DNA of 45,517 nt from Prasinococcaceae sp. CCMP 1430 (GCA_013416795.1 RQSC01000602.1:77224-122740), one strand, 5' to 3'; counted from the first letter of the stretch, positions 27,828 to 40,128 are shown. Notes: a model not told the origin generated them from the sequence alone. Translations and numbers: made by a program.

Positions 27828-29336
27828 TCAGACAGCCGTCGCGAGCACCAGCGCCCCCGCCTTGGCCTCCTCCAGCTGGAGCGCGCAGTCTTCGACGTCG
27901 AGGCCAGCGGCGCGGCACGCATCACTGGCCGCCGAAAGGACGCACGCGTGGTCGGCCCCGAAGCCACACTCGATGTGCGCGCTCAGGTGTGCGCTCGACG
28001 ACGTCACGCTCCACACGCGGAGGCGCCGCACGGCGACCACGCCCGGCAGCGATGCCAGCCTGCTTGCGAGCGCTTCCACGTCGACGTCCCGCGGCGCGCG
28101 CTGCATGAGCACCTCGAAGATCTCGCACGCGATGTTTTTGGTCATGCCCAGCACGAGCGCCACGAACAGGAACGTGCAGATCGGATCCAGCCTGTGCCAG
28201 GCGGGTTTCCACCACAGGACGGCGCCGACGAACGTCACCGCGCCGGTGTGCACCAGGTCGCCCACGATGTGCAGGTAGGCGGCTCGCAGATTCATGGAGG
28301 CCTTCGTCTGGCCGGACTGCGGCGCTTGCTGTTGGACCTGTTGCTGCTGCTTTGGTTTTGCCGACGTGCCAGTCGACGGGGGCGGCTTCCTCTTTCGCCG
28401 CGGCGGCCGCTTCGGCGTGGGCGATCCTCCGGTCCCGCCATTGGTCGTCGCCCCGTTCGTCAAAGCGTGCTCCACCCGGAGGAGCGAGCCCACGCTCTCC
28501 CCCGCGCTTGCCGCCTCGCCCGCCGCGCCAGTAGCGCCAGACGCGTCGCCGGCATCGCCCTTCCCTTTCACCTCCCCAACGCCCGGGATGCCAACGAAGT
28601 CGTGGAATCCCAACTCGTGGAGTCCGCACACACACTTATCCTCGCCCGGCCTGGCGTGCATCGCGTCGTGGAAGAAGAGCACGAGAATGATGTTGCAGCC
28701 GAAGGCGAAGAGCGCCGTAAAGAACATGACCTTGCCCTCGACCGCGCCATCGTCCGCGCGCAGCCGCCGCACAGCCTCCACGACAAGCGCAAGGCACACG
28801 CCCCAGATGATGGCCACGCTGGCCAGCGAGCCGAGCACCTCGGCGCGGCCCATGCCGAAGTTGTACGCGGGCGTCGCGGTGCGCGCGCCCAGGTGCGATG
28901 CGGCGAGAGCGATGCCGTACGCCACCGCGTCGCTCGCCATGTGCGCCGCGTCGGTCATGATTGCGAGGCTTCCCGCAATCGAGCCAAAGGTGAGCTCGAT
29001 GACGACGGCGGCCGACGACAGACAGAGCGCGACCACCAGCTTGTGGCGCGCGAGCAGCTCGGCCGCGGGCACCGCGCGCTCCAAATTCCGCTCGGACGCA
29101 AGGGGCGCGTGCGCGCGCGACGCGCACAGACCGCCGCCGGGCCGCGACGCGTCACCCCAGACCACCACGTCGCAACCTGCCTTCGCGCTGCCGTTCGCCG
29201 CCTTCTCCCCCCAGCCTGCCTTCGCGCTGCCGTTCGCCGCCTTCCCTCCCCCGTTGCCAAGCAGGCCGACGAGCGCTTCTGCATCCCCGTTGACATCCCC
29301 GCCCGCCAGGCCCCCGTTGAGATCGAGCCCGGCCAT
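27828..29336 (-). CDS. Cation diffusion facilitator (ZnT/MTP-type zinc transporter), intronless
   Basis: SLAIMTDAAHMASD (HxxxD), FGMGRAEVLG, NLRAAYLHIVGD (HxxxD) and LDPICTFLF, plus a C-terminal dimerisation domain with VWSVT..AHL. Confidence 0.93.
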   Translation of the reverse strand: MAGLDLNGGLAGGDVNGDAEALVGLLGNGGGKAANGSAKAGWGEKAANGSAKAGCDVVVWGDASRPGGGLCASRAHAPLASERNLERAVPAAELLARHKLVVALCLSSAAVVIELTFGSIAGSLAIMTDAAHMASDAVAYGIALAASHLGARTATPAYNFGMGRAEVLGSLASVAIIWGVCLALVVEAVRRLRADDGAVEGKVMFFTALFAFGCNIILVLFFHDAMHARPGEDKCVCGLHELGFHDFVGIPGVGEVKGKGDAGDASGATGAAGEAASAGESVGSLLRVEHALTNGATTNGGTGGSPTPKRPPRRKRKPPPSTGTSAKPKQQQQVQQQAPQSGQTKASMNLRAAYLHIVGDLVHTGAVTFVGAVLWWKPAWHRLDPICTFLFVALVLGMTKNIACEIFEVLMQRAPRDVDVEALASRLASLPGVVAVRRLRVWSVTSSSAHLSAHIECGFGADHACVLSAASDACRAAGLDVEDCALQLEEAKAGALVLATAV

Positions 29337-30464
29337 CCCGCCCGCCGCTCACTTCCCCACCTCCCCCGACCCCACCCACCCTCCACGCGCGCGCGCCGCC
29401 CCTTCAGCGCGCCCCCCCCCACCCCCCCACCCCACCCACCCGCCCGCGTTCGCCGCAAGCCCCCGCGCCCGATGTTTCGTGTCGGTCGCGCGCACCTCGC
29501 GCATTTTAGGTCAAATCGACGAAAGGGTCCGATTCATTCATCACAACGCACTTCTTTCGGTCGGTTTGCCGTCCGGATAGTGTTGGGGTTTCGCGCGCGC
29601 GCGCCAGCCCGCGCGGCCGGCCCCCCTCGGGGGGGGGGGAGGGGGGACGCCGGCGGTGGCGCGGCGCGCGCGCGCCTTTGCGGTCAGATCGGTGAAAGGG
29701 TTCATATGAGGCCACCCGTAAGATGCGTTTTGACCGAGGGATGCGGAGGGTGGCACGTTGGGGTCGGGGCGGGGGTTTCGGGGCGCCACGTTTCACCCAC
29801 ACAGTTTTCAACGCGCGACACACTCTCGCGGCAGCAGATTCGAACGGAATCTCATCTTAAATTGAGGGTGTCTGTAATTTATGAAATATATTTTGATATT
29901 TGACATGATTTTAACGTAATATGTATGCCCGACCATCGCCTGTTCGGGGTGCGTGCGTGCACTGGCGGAATTCTGCGGACAGAATCGGCCGAGGGTCGGC
30001 GCGCCGCGGCACGAGTGCGCGCCTGGCCGGGGGGGGAGGGACCCTCGCCAGCCAAAGGGCGCGCGAGCTGCCCCGGCTCGACCTCCCTCCTGTGCGCGGG
30101 GGCGGGAGGAAGGAAAGGAAGGGCCGCGCCGGGCGTCGCGGAGAGCCACATGTCAGCTGCGGCTGGCGGGGCGGACGCCGCGCACGCGGCGTGCGCGCTG
30201 CGGCTCTGGCTGGGCGCCCAGCCAGCCAGCGCGCCCGGGATCGGGGGGCCTCGGCCGGGCCGCCCCGGCGGGCGGACAGCGCATTTTTTTTGGCGCGATA
30301 CCAGGGGCGCCATGGAGGACGCGATGTTTTTTATGTGCGTGGGAAATGACGTCCGGAGGCGCGGGATTTCGTCGGTCGCCGCGCAGTGCGGCGGCGGCCG
30401 CCGCCAGAGCGCGCGCAGCGGCTCTGCGGCATGAGCAGCACCGATGGTCTCCGCCAAGCGGAGA

Positions 30465-33400
30465 TTAGGAGCGTGCGAGTGCGCGCCTCGCGCCCACCGA
30501 CGCGCGCTCGAAGCACCCCAGCAGAGATTCCACGCTGGGCGACCTCGCACCGTCTAGCGCGACGGCCAGCGAGCTCTGCGTGAGGACGAAGGCCTCGCAC
30601 GACGCCAACGCTCGCGCGCGGCGCAATTCGCGGCCGGCGAGCACGCACGGTGCGTCCGCCACCATCTCAGCCTGGCCACGTCGTCCTCTGCGTACCTGGA
30701 CCTTTCCCCTCACGACGAAGAGCACTGCCTCTGGATCTTTGCTACTGAGCGCCCTGCGGCATAGGCGGTCGCCCGGCTCGAACAACCGTGGGCGCAGCAT
30801 AGCACGCAGCGAGGCCTCCTGCTCGGGGCTCACGAGCGAAAGTGCCCTCCCTCGCCGACGGGCGCCAGCCGAGCGCCGCACGAGATTCGCGCGCTCGGAG
30901 TTGGAGAAGAGCACCTCGTTGAGCAGGGCCTCGGCACCGGCGCGCGCACTAGGTGACAACCCGATGCACACAATGCTGTCGCCCTGCGCATACACGCGTG
31001 AGCTCCCCTTTCGCGGCACCAGGTGGGGCACGCAACCCTCTGGCACGTAACCAAATGCCGCATAACCGAACGCCCTGGCCCTGCGGAGTACCTCAAGGTA
31101 GCGCACGGGTGTGTCGGCGTGCGCCCCTCCCTCGCTTACCTCAAGAAGACGTGCTGCGGGCACCAGGAGTACCTCCGCGCCCCCGACTGCAAGGAGTTCC
31201 TTGCCCACGGCACCGTAGCCCTCCTCGGAGACAGTCTGCCAAATTCCTCCTGCAGTGAGTTCTAAAGGCAGCATGAGTTCTACCCATGGCAGCGCGTCCT
31301 CAGCCGTGTCGAGGGCACTCGCGGCCGCATCGCGCTCCTCTGACTTTGCTTGTGCGGGTGTGCCATTGGTTGACGCGGCAGTTGCGGAGAAATTGTTCAC
31401 CAGCTCAATCGACTCCGGCTCGGAGGCCAAGCCGATCACGCGCGGCGGGGTATATGGAGCCCCTTTCCGTTCGGCAGACGTCGCCCTGTTGTGCACCTGT
31501 TCCTCTAGCAGCAGAAGGCTCGCCATAAGGCGCGCATCGCCGCTGCCGGCCTCGCTTGCCAGCGCTGATGCGGCACCAGTGGGGTCACTGGCAGCATCGG
31601 CGAGGACAACGACGCAGTCGGCGTCCGCGGCACCGACCTTGCTGATCCCGCGAGCATCTGTGATAGTACCATCGACAAAGGTCAGAGTCACGCCTTGTTC
31701 CGTGTCCGGGACTGGCAATGAGTCGTCGGAGCTGTCACGAGTGTTCTCTTCGCTCGGGGCGGCGCCCTGGCTGGCATGGTCTGGCCCGTCGGTGCCGCCT
31801 TTTGCAGGCGTGCGACCTTTGGAGTTCCGGCCTGCCGTCGACGGCAGTCCCCGCATGGCCTTGCCCTCGGCATCCATCGCCATGACACGCATCCTGGCAC
31901 CCTCGGCAGCCGAGAGCACAGAAATCTCCGATCCGGGCGGCAGGATGCCAACGAGCGCGCGGGCAAGCGGCACGCACGTGCCGTCGTCCCAGCCCAGGAG
32001 GGCGATCTTTTGCGGGCGGGATGTCGGCGGAACGAAGGTAGGCAAGGCCACCTGCTCGAGCGCATCGAGATCCGGAAGATCTTGCGCGGATACATCAGAG
32101 ACCGAGCCATCTCCGTCTCCGGTAGCAGGTCCTGAGGATCCGGCGCCGTCCGCGCCGGCAGCCGCTGTCGTCGCCGAGGCGTCTGCCGTGGCTTGTTGTA
32201 CGTCGGCCCTTGTGATGTCGTATGGCACCAGCGTCTTGCTACCGGAGACTACGACAAGCTTGTCATCCGCTTCTAGCGCGAGCGACGCTCGCGCGCCGGG
32301 GCCCAGGCGAACAATGCCACGATCCGCCGCCCACACCTGTGGCGATGACTCGATCGTGCCTTCACTGTCCGAGCAATCGACGTCCGTCTCGTCGCTGGAC
32401 CCAACTTCCTCCGACGAGGAGTCCTCGTCGTCGTCCACGAGTCCCTGGATCAGGCCAATCACATCCGCACCTTCAAACGCAGCCACGGTCTCCCCGAAGG
32501 GCCGGCCGACGAATCTGTCAGGGACGGGCTCGATGTAAATTTCGCATGTGTCGGGAGTCTGCAACATCAGTTGCGCGAATATGGGCGCCACGCCTGGCTG
32601 TAGGCACGCGCGCGCAAGCACGCGCGCGAGATCGCGGCGGGCGTCCACGATGCTGACAGTCACATTTGATCCGGTGCCCTCCAGCATCCGACGCGCGGCA
32701 AGGGTCACCATCGCCGAGGAGCGCTGGATGAGCACGGAGCACCTGTTGTCGCAGTTGGTCGAAAGCACCTTGGCCGCGCTCAGCACCGTAGCTGCCATGA
32801 GCGCCGCTTGTGGCGTGGAGTCCTCGTCGTCGTCATCTCCCCCCACGCCATCTGGCTCGAGCACAATCACCCTCGCCGCGCTCGACAGGCTCGCGAGATT
32901 CTCCAGATCGGCGACGGACCAAGGGCGGCCCTTGCGAATGACCACATTCTCGTCCGTTGCGACGCCCTCCGCCTGCAGCGCCGCTTCCACGTCCTCCTTC
33001 GGCATCGCGCTCAGGATCACCACCGTGCCGCGGACGGGCGCCTCGCGGAGAGGCGAGTCAGCGCCGCCGTTCGTGGCCACGTGGATTTGCCGCACGAGCA
33101 TTGGTATGAGACCGCGCTGGAAGCCTAGCACGACGGTGTGGTCCTCCTCTACGACGTTCAGGTTGCCTTCCTTCACTGCGGAGACCGCCATCGAAGCACC
33201 CGCGCTAACGAAGCCCACGAGGATCGAAAAAGTGAAAATCCCAGACAGGCTTAGCAGCTTGACGATGGTCAACTTGAGTGCTGACGTCTCGCCCTCGAAG
33301 CCACCGGCGGTCTGCAGCGCGTACGCCTTGAAGATTGCCGCGTTCAGGCTCATTCCGGTGTCGGCGCTCACGCGCCAGTACGCCACCCCGCCGACCACCA

Positions 33401-33960
33401 CCGCGCCGAGGCTCAGGAGCAGCAGCATGAGAATGCGCGAGCCAATGCCCGCACGCAAGAGCTGCTGCGCGGCGTAGGTGGCGCGTTCGCCCAGCGTGGG
33501 CGGCCGCTTCTCGAGCGCCGCGCGCCGAGCCGCTCGCCGAGCCGCGGCGCTGGAGGGGTCGAGCGTGGGCAGAGCCACGGCCACGTCGGTTCGCGGTTCC
33601 ACCATTGCTGCGGCGGCCTGCAGCGGTGCCGCCGCGGCCGCTGCGGCTGCTGCGCGCCGCGCGAGCGCGGCCGCCAACGCCTGGCCGATGGCGGCGGTGG
33701 CGCAAGCCACCGTAAGGAGGAGGATTCCGCCCCCGAAGGCGTCCTGTGCCGCCTGTGCTGGGTCGGCAAAGACCTCCTTGTGCGTAGCTCCCATCTTCAG
33801 GGACTGCAAATGCGCCACCGCGCGGGCGAGCATCGTCTCGTCCTCACCGTCGTTGCCAACATCGGACCCGGCCAGCACCGCCTCGCCCTGCTCGCCCTCG
33901 GCCCTCTCGCCGGCGACGAGCGCCGCTGCTTCGGCGAGTTCGCCCTCGGCCCCATCATGA
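30465..33960 (-). CDS. CASTOR/POLLUX/DMI1-like ion channel with RCK domains and a C-terminal CNBD-like region; start uncertain (first in-frame ATG 33833; an upstream exon is possible)
   Basis: TM segments then SILVGFVS..VKEGNLNVVEEDHTVVLG, IRKGRP..ADL, CLQPGVAPIF, EIYI, QKIALLGW, GAEVLLVPA and YLEV.RRAR..AAFGY align by eye with the CASTOR/POLLUX order of motifs. Confidence 0.8.
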
Positions 33961-34760
33961 TCACCCGCGGTGCCGCCCGCCAACCGCGCCGTTGCGCGGG
34001 GTGCCGCGGAGCGCGCCCGTCCAAAACGCGCGGGCACGCAGCGCGCCGATCACCGAGGTGGACGGCGACGGTCCCTTCGCCGGCGCCACCGTCGAGCTGT
34101 TGGATGCTGACGCGCGCGTCGTGGCGGCCATCGCGCCGGCTGGCACCTCCACGATGGGCGCCCTGACCGCCCTGGCCCCTCCGTGTGGCGCCCTGCATCC
34201 ACACCCGCACCGCCGCGCGCCCGCGATCGGAGCGCGCACCGCCAAAAGATCCGACACGCGCGATAAAAATATCTTCCGCGAGCCCGACGAGCGCATCGAC
34301 ATTGGGCTCGCGTGCGCGTGTATGCGCGCACACAGAACTCCACCGAGGCGTGCATGTCCACTCTAGAGGCAGCGACCACGCCACCATGCAGAGTCATTAA
34401 TGGTGCGCCACACATGGACTGGGACAAACATCGTGACACGCCAGGCCAAGGCGCCGTTCGATTTTGTTCGTGATATTGAAGATGCGCCAAAACGCAATCT
34501 GATACGTCCTTCGAAGCGGTCCGCCTCCCGAGTCGCGACGAGGGCGTCGGCGCGCGATCCACACACCCGTCGCTGTTGGCGCCGCACAGTGCCGCGCTGG
34601 CGGCGAGGACACGCACGCTCGCGGCGGCGGCGCACCCGTGCGTCTGCGGCCTGGGGGCACTCCCGGGACTCGCGCGCGAAGCGGGCGGAGGCAGCTGCCT
34701 GCGCGCTTTGCTCGTGTTGACTGCCACTTACAACTCGAGCGAGCGCTCGCCAGTGCGCGC

Positions 34761-36403
34761 CTAAATACCCGCCAGCCACGGCTGGGAGTGCACGGCCAAC
34801 GAAGCGGCGACCGGCCATCCTCCCGCCTCATCGTTGGTGCCCAGCACGTAGTGGGCGCTGAGAGTGCGCACGGCGTCAGAAGGTGGGCCAAGCACGTCCA
34901 ACTCGCACGCATGCACGCTCGCGCGCGCCTGCACCAGCGCAGCGACAAGACGCACCTCTCCTTGAGCGCCTCGGACCCATTTCCCATCGCGCAGCGCACG
35001 CCAGCGGCGGCGAGCAGCGCGACGTCGTTCTCGCCGTCACCGATTGCCATGACGTCGGACATGGTCAGCCCTCTGTCCACGCGCGGGGCACCGGCGTGTC
35101 AGCGCTTCATCCACACGGACACGACTGCGCGCTGCACGCTTGTGCGTGCAGCAATGCCGCGACATCTGCGCACGCACCTCCCCGCGTATGCATGCTCCAG
35201 CGCCTTCTGCACGCCCACGGCCTTGTCGACCCCCGCCGGCTGCAACTCAAGCATGCCCTCCAGCGCACGCGTTGTCGCGCAATCAAAAGTGCCGCACAGC
35301 TCCGCCTCGATGCCTGTGCGCGCGGCGACCACGTCCTCCTCCGACCCCATGAAGATGACCTTGTGCGCCGGGTTACCCGCCTCGACAAACGCTGCCAGGT
35401 CACCCACGGCCTCTGGGGTGGGCTCGCTGTACGCGAGCAGCCGGTCGGAGTGCTCGTCGGTGTGCGCACACACGATGCGCTCTGCACTGTACAGCACCAG
35501 CGTGAGCCCACGCGAGCGCGCGCTCTCAACGGCCGCAGCGACGGCACCGGGTGGGAGCGTGCGCTCAAATATGACCTACACGCACGTGTTTCGAAGGCGT
35601 GTAGGCACGAGCGTATGCGTCATGGGCACTTGGGTGTCAACGAGCATGGCCGCGCCAACACGCTGGCATGCGCGCGCGCGCGCGCGCGCGAAGGCGCATT
35701 CCCGAGGGCGCGCACACCACCCAAGACACACTTTCGCGGCCGCGTCGCGCCACAGCCGGGGCGCACCTCTCCTTTGCCGCGCCGCATATCCGAAGTCACG
35801 TACAGGCCCTGCAGGAAGACGCCCGGCGTGCCCTCCAGCCCGAGTGCCTCCGCCACATCTTCAACCCACGGCCCCCGCGCCTTGCCTGTCGCCAGCAGCA
35901 GGTCGATGCCTGCTGCCCTGAGCTCACGTGCAGCCTGTGCGCGTGCGCGCGGGCACGTGTGCGCGCAAGGGCGAGCGGATGGCCGCGTGAGGACAGCGGA
36001 TACGACCGTGTGAGCGAACGGACGCGCGTGCACGCGCACAACGCGGTGCGCATGTGCGTGCGCGTTCCGGACGCGCTCGCGCAGGGGCCGCGCGCAGGTG
36101 CGAGCAGTGGCAAAGCACACACACCTGGATGTTCGCCTGCGAGAGTTTGTGGTGCGAATTCAGCAGTGTACCGTCGACATCAGTGGCGACGAGTTTGACG
36201 ACGCTCTGCGGCGAGGGCCAGTGCCCGCTGCCCCACTCGAAGCTCAGCTGCGGTTGCAGCTCCGCCTCGCCGATGCCGTCGGCGGCGTCGAGCGCGGCCG
36301 CGCGCAAACGCGCACACGGCTTGCCAGCGCGGCGCGAGCGCGAGCGCGTACGAGAAAACACTCCCCTGCACGCATCGCCCGCGCGCATAACACCTATAGC
36401 CAT
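34761..36403 (-). CDS. Cof-type HAD hydrolase (subfamily IIB), multi-exon, transit-peptide-like N-terminus
   Basis: Motif I KLVATDVDGTLL, motif II LATGK, VFLQG, MLELQPAGVDKAVG, and motif IV MAIGDGENDV..AMGNG. Confidence 0.9.
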
Positions 36404-37850
36404 CGCGCGCAGCCTCCGCGCAGAGCGCCCGCTCGGTGGTCACAGGGAACTCCCTACCCGCACTCGCCCGCCCGCCAGACCCGCGCCCCCGAGGTGCTGC
36501 GCGCCGCCGCCCGGCGTCGCGGGCGCGCCTCGTCCTCGTTCGAGTGTGTGGCGCCGCCCTCGCTCCCATGGGCCCCCGCCTCCTTCTCCTCCACCGGTGC
36601 CCGCTGCTCCCCTCGAGAGCCCCCCTTCCCGGGCGCGCGCTCGTCAGTGGCACCTCCATCGCCCTGCACTGCTGCCGCATCACCGCCCGCATCACAGCGG
36701 CCCCGTGCGCGCGCCCTGCGTCCAGTTCTTGCGGAGGTGGTGGCCGGGAGGTGCGGGAGGTGGAGGGAGGGAGGGGAGCAGAAGAAGGGGAGAGGGGGGC
36801 GCGCCGGCGGCGCGCGCGCCGCGCGCCGCGCGGCGTATGTCACCCCGCGCGCAGCCACACGCGCGGCAGCGCCACACACACCCCCCTTCTTCCCCGATTC
36901 CCTTCGCATCCCACGCCCTGCATCCTCTGTCTGCCCCAGCCTCTCCCACGCGCGGATCAAAAGTCCCGTGTCACCACGGGACGGACACAGAATTCGAAGG
37001 GAGCTCCCGGACCACGCTCGCAGTCAGGCCCGACCGACCGACCGACCGTGCCAACATGTGGATTGGGATAATATCCTGTCTATACCCGGCCTCGATGTTA
37101 ACAGCGCCCTGCCTGTGCGAGTCTGTTTCCGGTGTCCCGGCCCCGGCCAGCGTCCCCACCATTTTTAATTTCTTTTTTTTCCTTTTCCTTTTCCCGGACG
37201 GCCACGATCCCATCCGTGCGTGGGATCCACGTGGACCCACCGGCACTAGTACAGCACAGGACAGCTTCGTCGTCGGTCGGAGCTCGGCATTTTGGAAAAA
37301 AAAAAACGCGCGCGATCCGGCGCGGCGGGCGCGCGAGAGGCACCCGGCCCGCGGCCGCGGCGCGACGCTCGGTGTTACGGTTGAGTATTTAGGGTTTATC
37401 CCATCTTCTGTACAGGGTTAAGTATGTCCCTTTCACCATGCACCACCATGCTTGCGGAAACGTGCATGGTGTGGAAGCTCCTGAAACGGCACACGGTGGA
37501 ACAGGAGCGGGGAGCCCTAGCGCTAGCGACGAGCCGTCGCACAGCCGCCGCGCGCGCCCGCGTGGCGGCCGCGCGAGGGTTTCGGGATGGCTCGATTGAA
37601 TCAATGTCAATTGATACAAAATGTGTTTGAGTGGTTCGCAGAGCGACCGAAGAGAGCGAGCGGTACCAGGTACCTCTTTCATTGCACCAAAAATGTTTTT
37701 GAATGTTTCATCTTGGTTCATAGTTCACTAGACCAGCTAGACGATATACAGTAGACTAGACTAGTACTAGTACTACTGTACGTACCGCAGTACTGACCGC
37801 CACCCATGCATCCATTCGCACGGAGGGAGTCAACCCCAGTGAACTGGCCC

Positions 37851-39386
37851 TTAGTCACGAGGGACGGCGGTGAGGTCGCGTATGACGTACCCGCTACTGT
37901 TGGGCCCCACCCGCACTCCGACGAGCCCAGCATAGCCCTCATCAAAGACGCAGAGTTGTCGGGCGCCGCGACGCAGTCCGGCGTGCGCTAGCGCGGTGAC
38001 GTAGTCGTTGTGGTGGGCGATCTTCGCCGCGATCGGCTCGTACTTGCGAGCCTCCCCCAGCTGGCGTGCGTCTCGCCTTGTCGAAGCCTTTTGCGTCTCC
38101 CACGCAGCGGATGCGAAGCCCCAGCCCGCTGCCGCGGCATTCGCGAGGCAGTCCCCAAGGCTAAACCAGGAGGCGCTTCCGTTGACGAAATCGGGCTTGC
38201 AGACCAGGTCGTGCCCGTGCCCCTTCACGCGCTTCTCCGCCCACTCAAGCGGCTGCCTGAGCGTTTGCAGCACGCGCGCTTCAGGTGCGAGAGCGAGCAC
38301 GTCCTCCATGAAGAAATGCCACGGCACGTCGCTGACGTGATGGGCGTCGCTCGCCAGCGCCGCGCGCAGGGCGGCCTCCAGCCGCGGTGCCAGCGCATGC
38401 GCAGCGCAGCTTGTCGGATCGGCAGGGAACGAGTCGCCCGCCCCCATGACCCGATTTGACGTCGCCAAGCCTGGGACCGGGTCGACGCATCGCTCCGCGT
38501 GATAGTACGAGCAAATGAGAGCATGAAACACGCCCCGCATCTCTTTCAAATTGTCAGGCACGGAGGGTAGGCCGCCACCCCCTTCACTTCTGTAATCCCA
38601 GTGCACCCCGGTGGCGACTTGCTGGAGGATGGCGGATACGCTGCGAGTGGCCGTCGTGCCGGGCGACGCCAACACTATCTTGTCCTCGAGCGTTGCGGGC
38701 GTGACGATCCCCTCGCCCTTCGCCGCACGCGATGCGCTCGGCAATTTGGCGAGCTCGTCCTTGAGGCTCCCCTTTCTCCCCGCGCGCTCCGCCGCCTCGG
38801 CTCGCTCGGCGGCTCGAGCGAGGCGGTGCAGTGGCGGTAGTGCCGCAGGATCGATGTGTGCGGCGTCGCGCATCGCGCCCCCCGCCACGACCACGCCCAT
38901 AGTCGCGCCGGGGCGCATGAGCGGCGCTTGCGCCTCCGCCGCTCCTCCTGCGCCCCTGGACATCGCCATCGCGCCATCTCTGCTGTCGTGGAGCCACCAC
39001 GGCGCCAGCTCCACTCGATCCCACGGCGGCGCGAGTGACCCCGCCTGCCCGTGTGCATTGCACGCGTCCGTGGGCACCTTGCGCGCCCACTCGGCCTCGT
39101 CGCCGGCACCACCGGCGGCGCCTACCAGCACGAGCTCTTCCAGGTCGGTTTGCTCGAACGAGGCCGCGCCTCGGCGATACTGCCCGTGCGCGCCGCGCCG
39201 CAGCACGGTGACCCCCCCCGCCGCCGCCTCGTCCGCAGCGGTGGCCCTCGAACAGCCGTAGGCGAGGACTGCGAGCGCCGCCGCCGCCGCCACCAGCAAC
39301 GAGGGGCGAGCGGGGGGCGGGGGCGGCCGGCGCGCGGCGCTCGTGCCGCGCACGCTCCGACCGCTCGCTCCAACACCCCCGCGCTG
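37851..39386 (-). CDS. Sulfotransferase-like P-loop protein with N-terminal signal anchor; start hidden by the gap
   Basis: KIVLASPGTTATRSV...VHW, SDVPW, LAPEARVLQTLRQPLEW resemble the Sulfotransfer_4 pattern (G..RTGT.S / D.P / P.AKVILT.R.P..W). Hydrophobic LLVAAAAALAVLAYG lies near the N-terminus. Confidence 0.6.
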   Translation of the reverse strand, partial: QRGGVGASGRSVRGTSAARRPPPPPARPSLLVAAAAALAVLAYGCSRATAADEAAAGGVTVLRRGAHGQYRRGAASFEQTDLEELVLVGAAGGAGDEAEWARKVPTDACNAHGQAGSLAPPWDRVELAPWWLHDSRDGAMAMSRGAGGAAEAQAPLMRPGATMGVVVAGGAMRDAAHIDPAALPPLHRLARAAERAEAAERAGRKGSLKDELAKLPSASRAAKGEGIVTPATLEDKIVLASPGTTATRSVSAILQQVATGVHWDYRSEGGGGLPSVPDNLKEMRGVFHALICSYYHAERCVDPVPGLATSNRVMGAGDSFPADPTSCAAHALAPRLEAALRAALASDAHHVSDVPWHFFMEDVLALAPEARVLQTLRQPLEWAEKRVKGHGHDLVCKPDFVNGSASWFSLGDCLANAAAAGWGFASAAWETQKASTRRDARQLGEARKYEPIAAKIAHHNDYVTALAHAGLRRGARQLCVFDEGYAGLVGVRVGPNSSGYVIRDLTAVPRD

Positions 39387-39561
39387 NNNNNNNNNNNNNN
39401 NNNNNNNNNNNNNNNNNNNNNNNNNNNNNNNNNNNNNNNNNNNNNNNNNNNNNNNNNNNNNNNNNNNNNNNNNNNNNNNNNNNNNNNNNNNNNNNNNNNN
39501 NNNNNNNNNNNNNNNNNNNNNNNNNNNNNNNNNNNNNNNNNNNNNNNNNNNNNNNNNNNNN
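39387..39561. other. Assembly gap (N run)
   Basis: N run. Single Ns also occur at 8751 and 13890. Confidence 0.99.
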
Positions 39562-40128
39562 GCGGCCGAGCGCGCGCACGCCGGGTGACCGATCGGTCCG
39601 ACATTTTCCGTCGGGGCGCTGATTCGGGCGCGCGCCGTGACGCCGCCGTCGGTCGGTCGGAGGCCGCCAGGGGCGCACCGGCCGACACACGCAATCTGAT
39701 GTGCCGAAATGTGGAGGAAGGGGGAGGGGGAGGGGGAGGGGGAGTATCTCCCACGCGCGTGCGAGCACGCGCGCATGCGCTCGGTGCCATGTCGCCTCTG
39801 GCCGCGGCCCTCCCCTTCCTTCGGGCCCATTAAGCGGCCGAGACTCGAGAGCACGGCACGGGCCGGCATGCAGTACTGTTATTGTGTTGACGACCGAAAG
39901 CAGACCAGAGCACGAGCGGAGAGAGACAAGGGACTGAAGTTACCGCCGTCCGCCACCGGACGGTTGGAAAAATGTGATGGCCGTCTTAACACGCGGGTGC
40001 GTGCACGCACGACTTTGGGGCTGCTTGCTGAGCACTGCTCGTCGGGCGCGCGCGCGTGATGTGCCAGGCGGCACTTCTCAAGGGCATCGACTCGGAACAG
40101 GAAGCTGTCGCGGCAGAGGCTGCACCAG

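Noticed and set aside
27549-29903. 784-aa plus-strand ORF, and similar long Arg/Ala-rich ORFs opposite SMC3, HisB, AzgA and the channel gene
   Set aside because: Shadow ORFs from GC3-rich codon usage on the coding strand, with no motifs.
37388-37398. Telomere-like TTTAGGG (also TTAGGG near 9004)
   Set aside because: Single isolated copies, expected by chance.
37060-37410. MITE bounded by TGGGATAA / TTATCCCA
   Set aside because: Only an 8-bp inverted match with no TSD, which is insufficient support.
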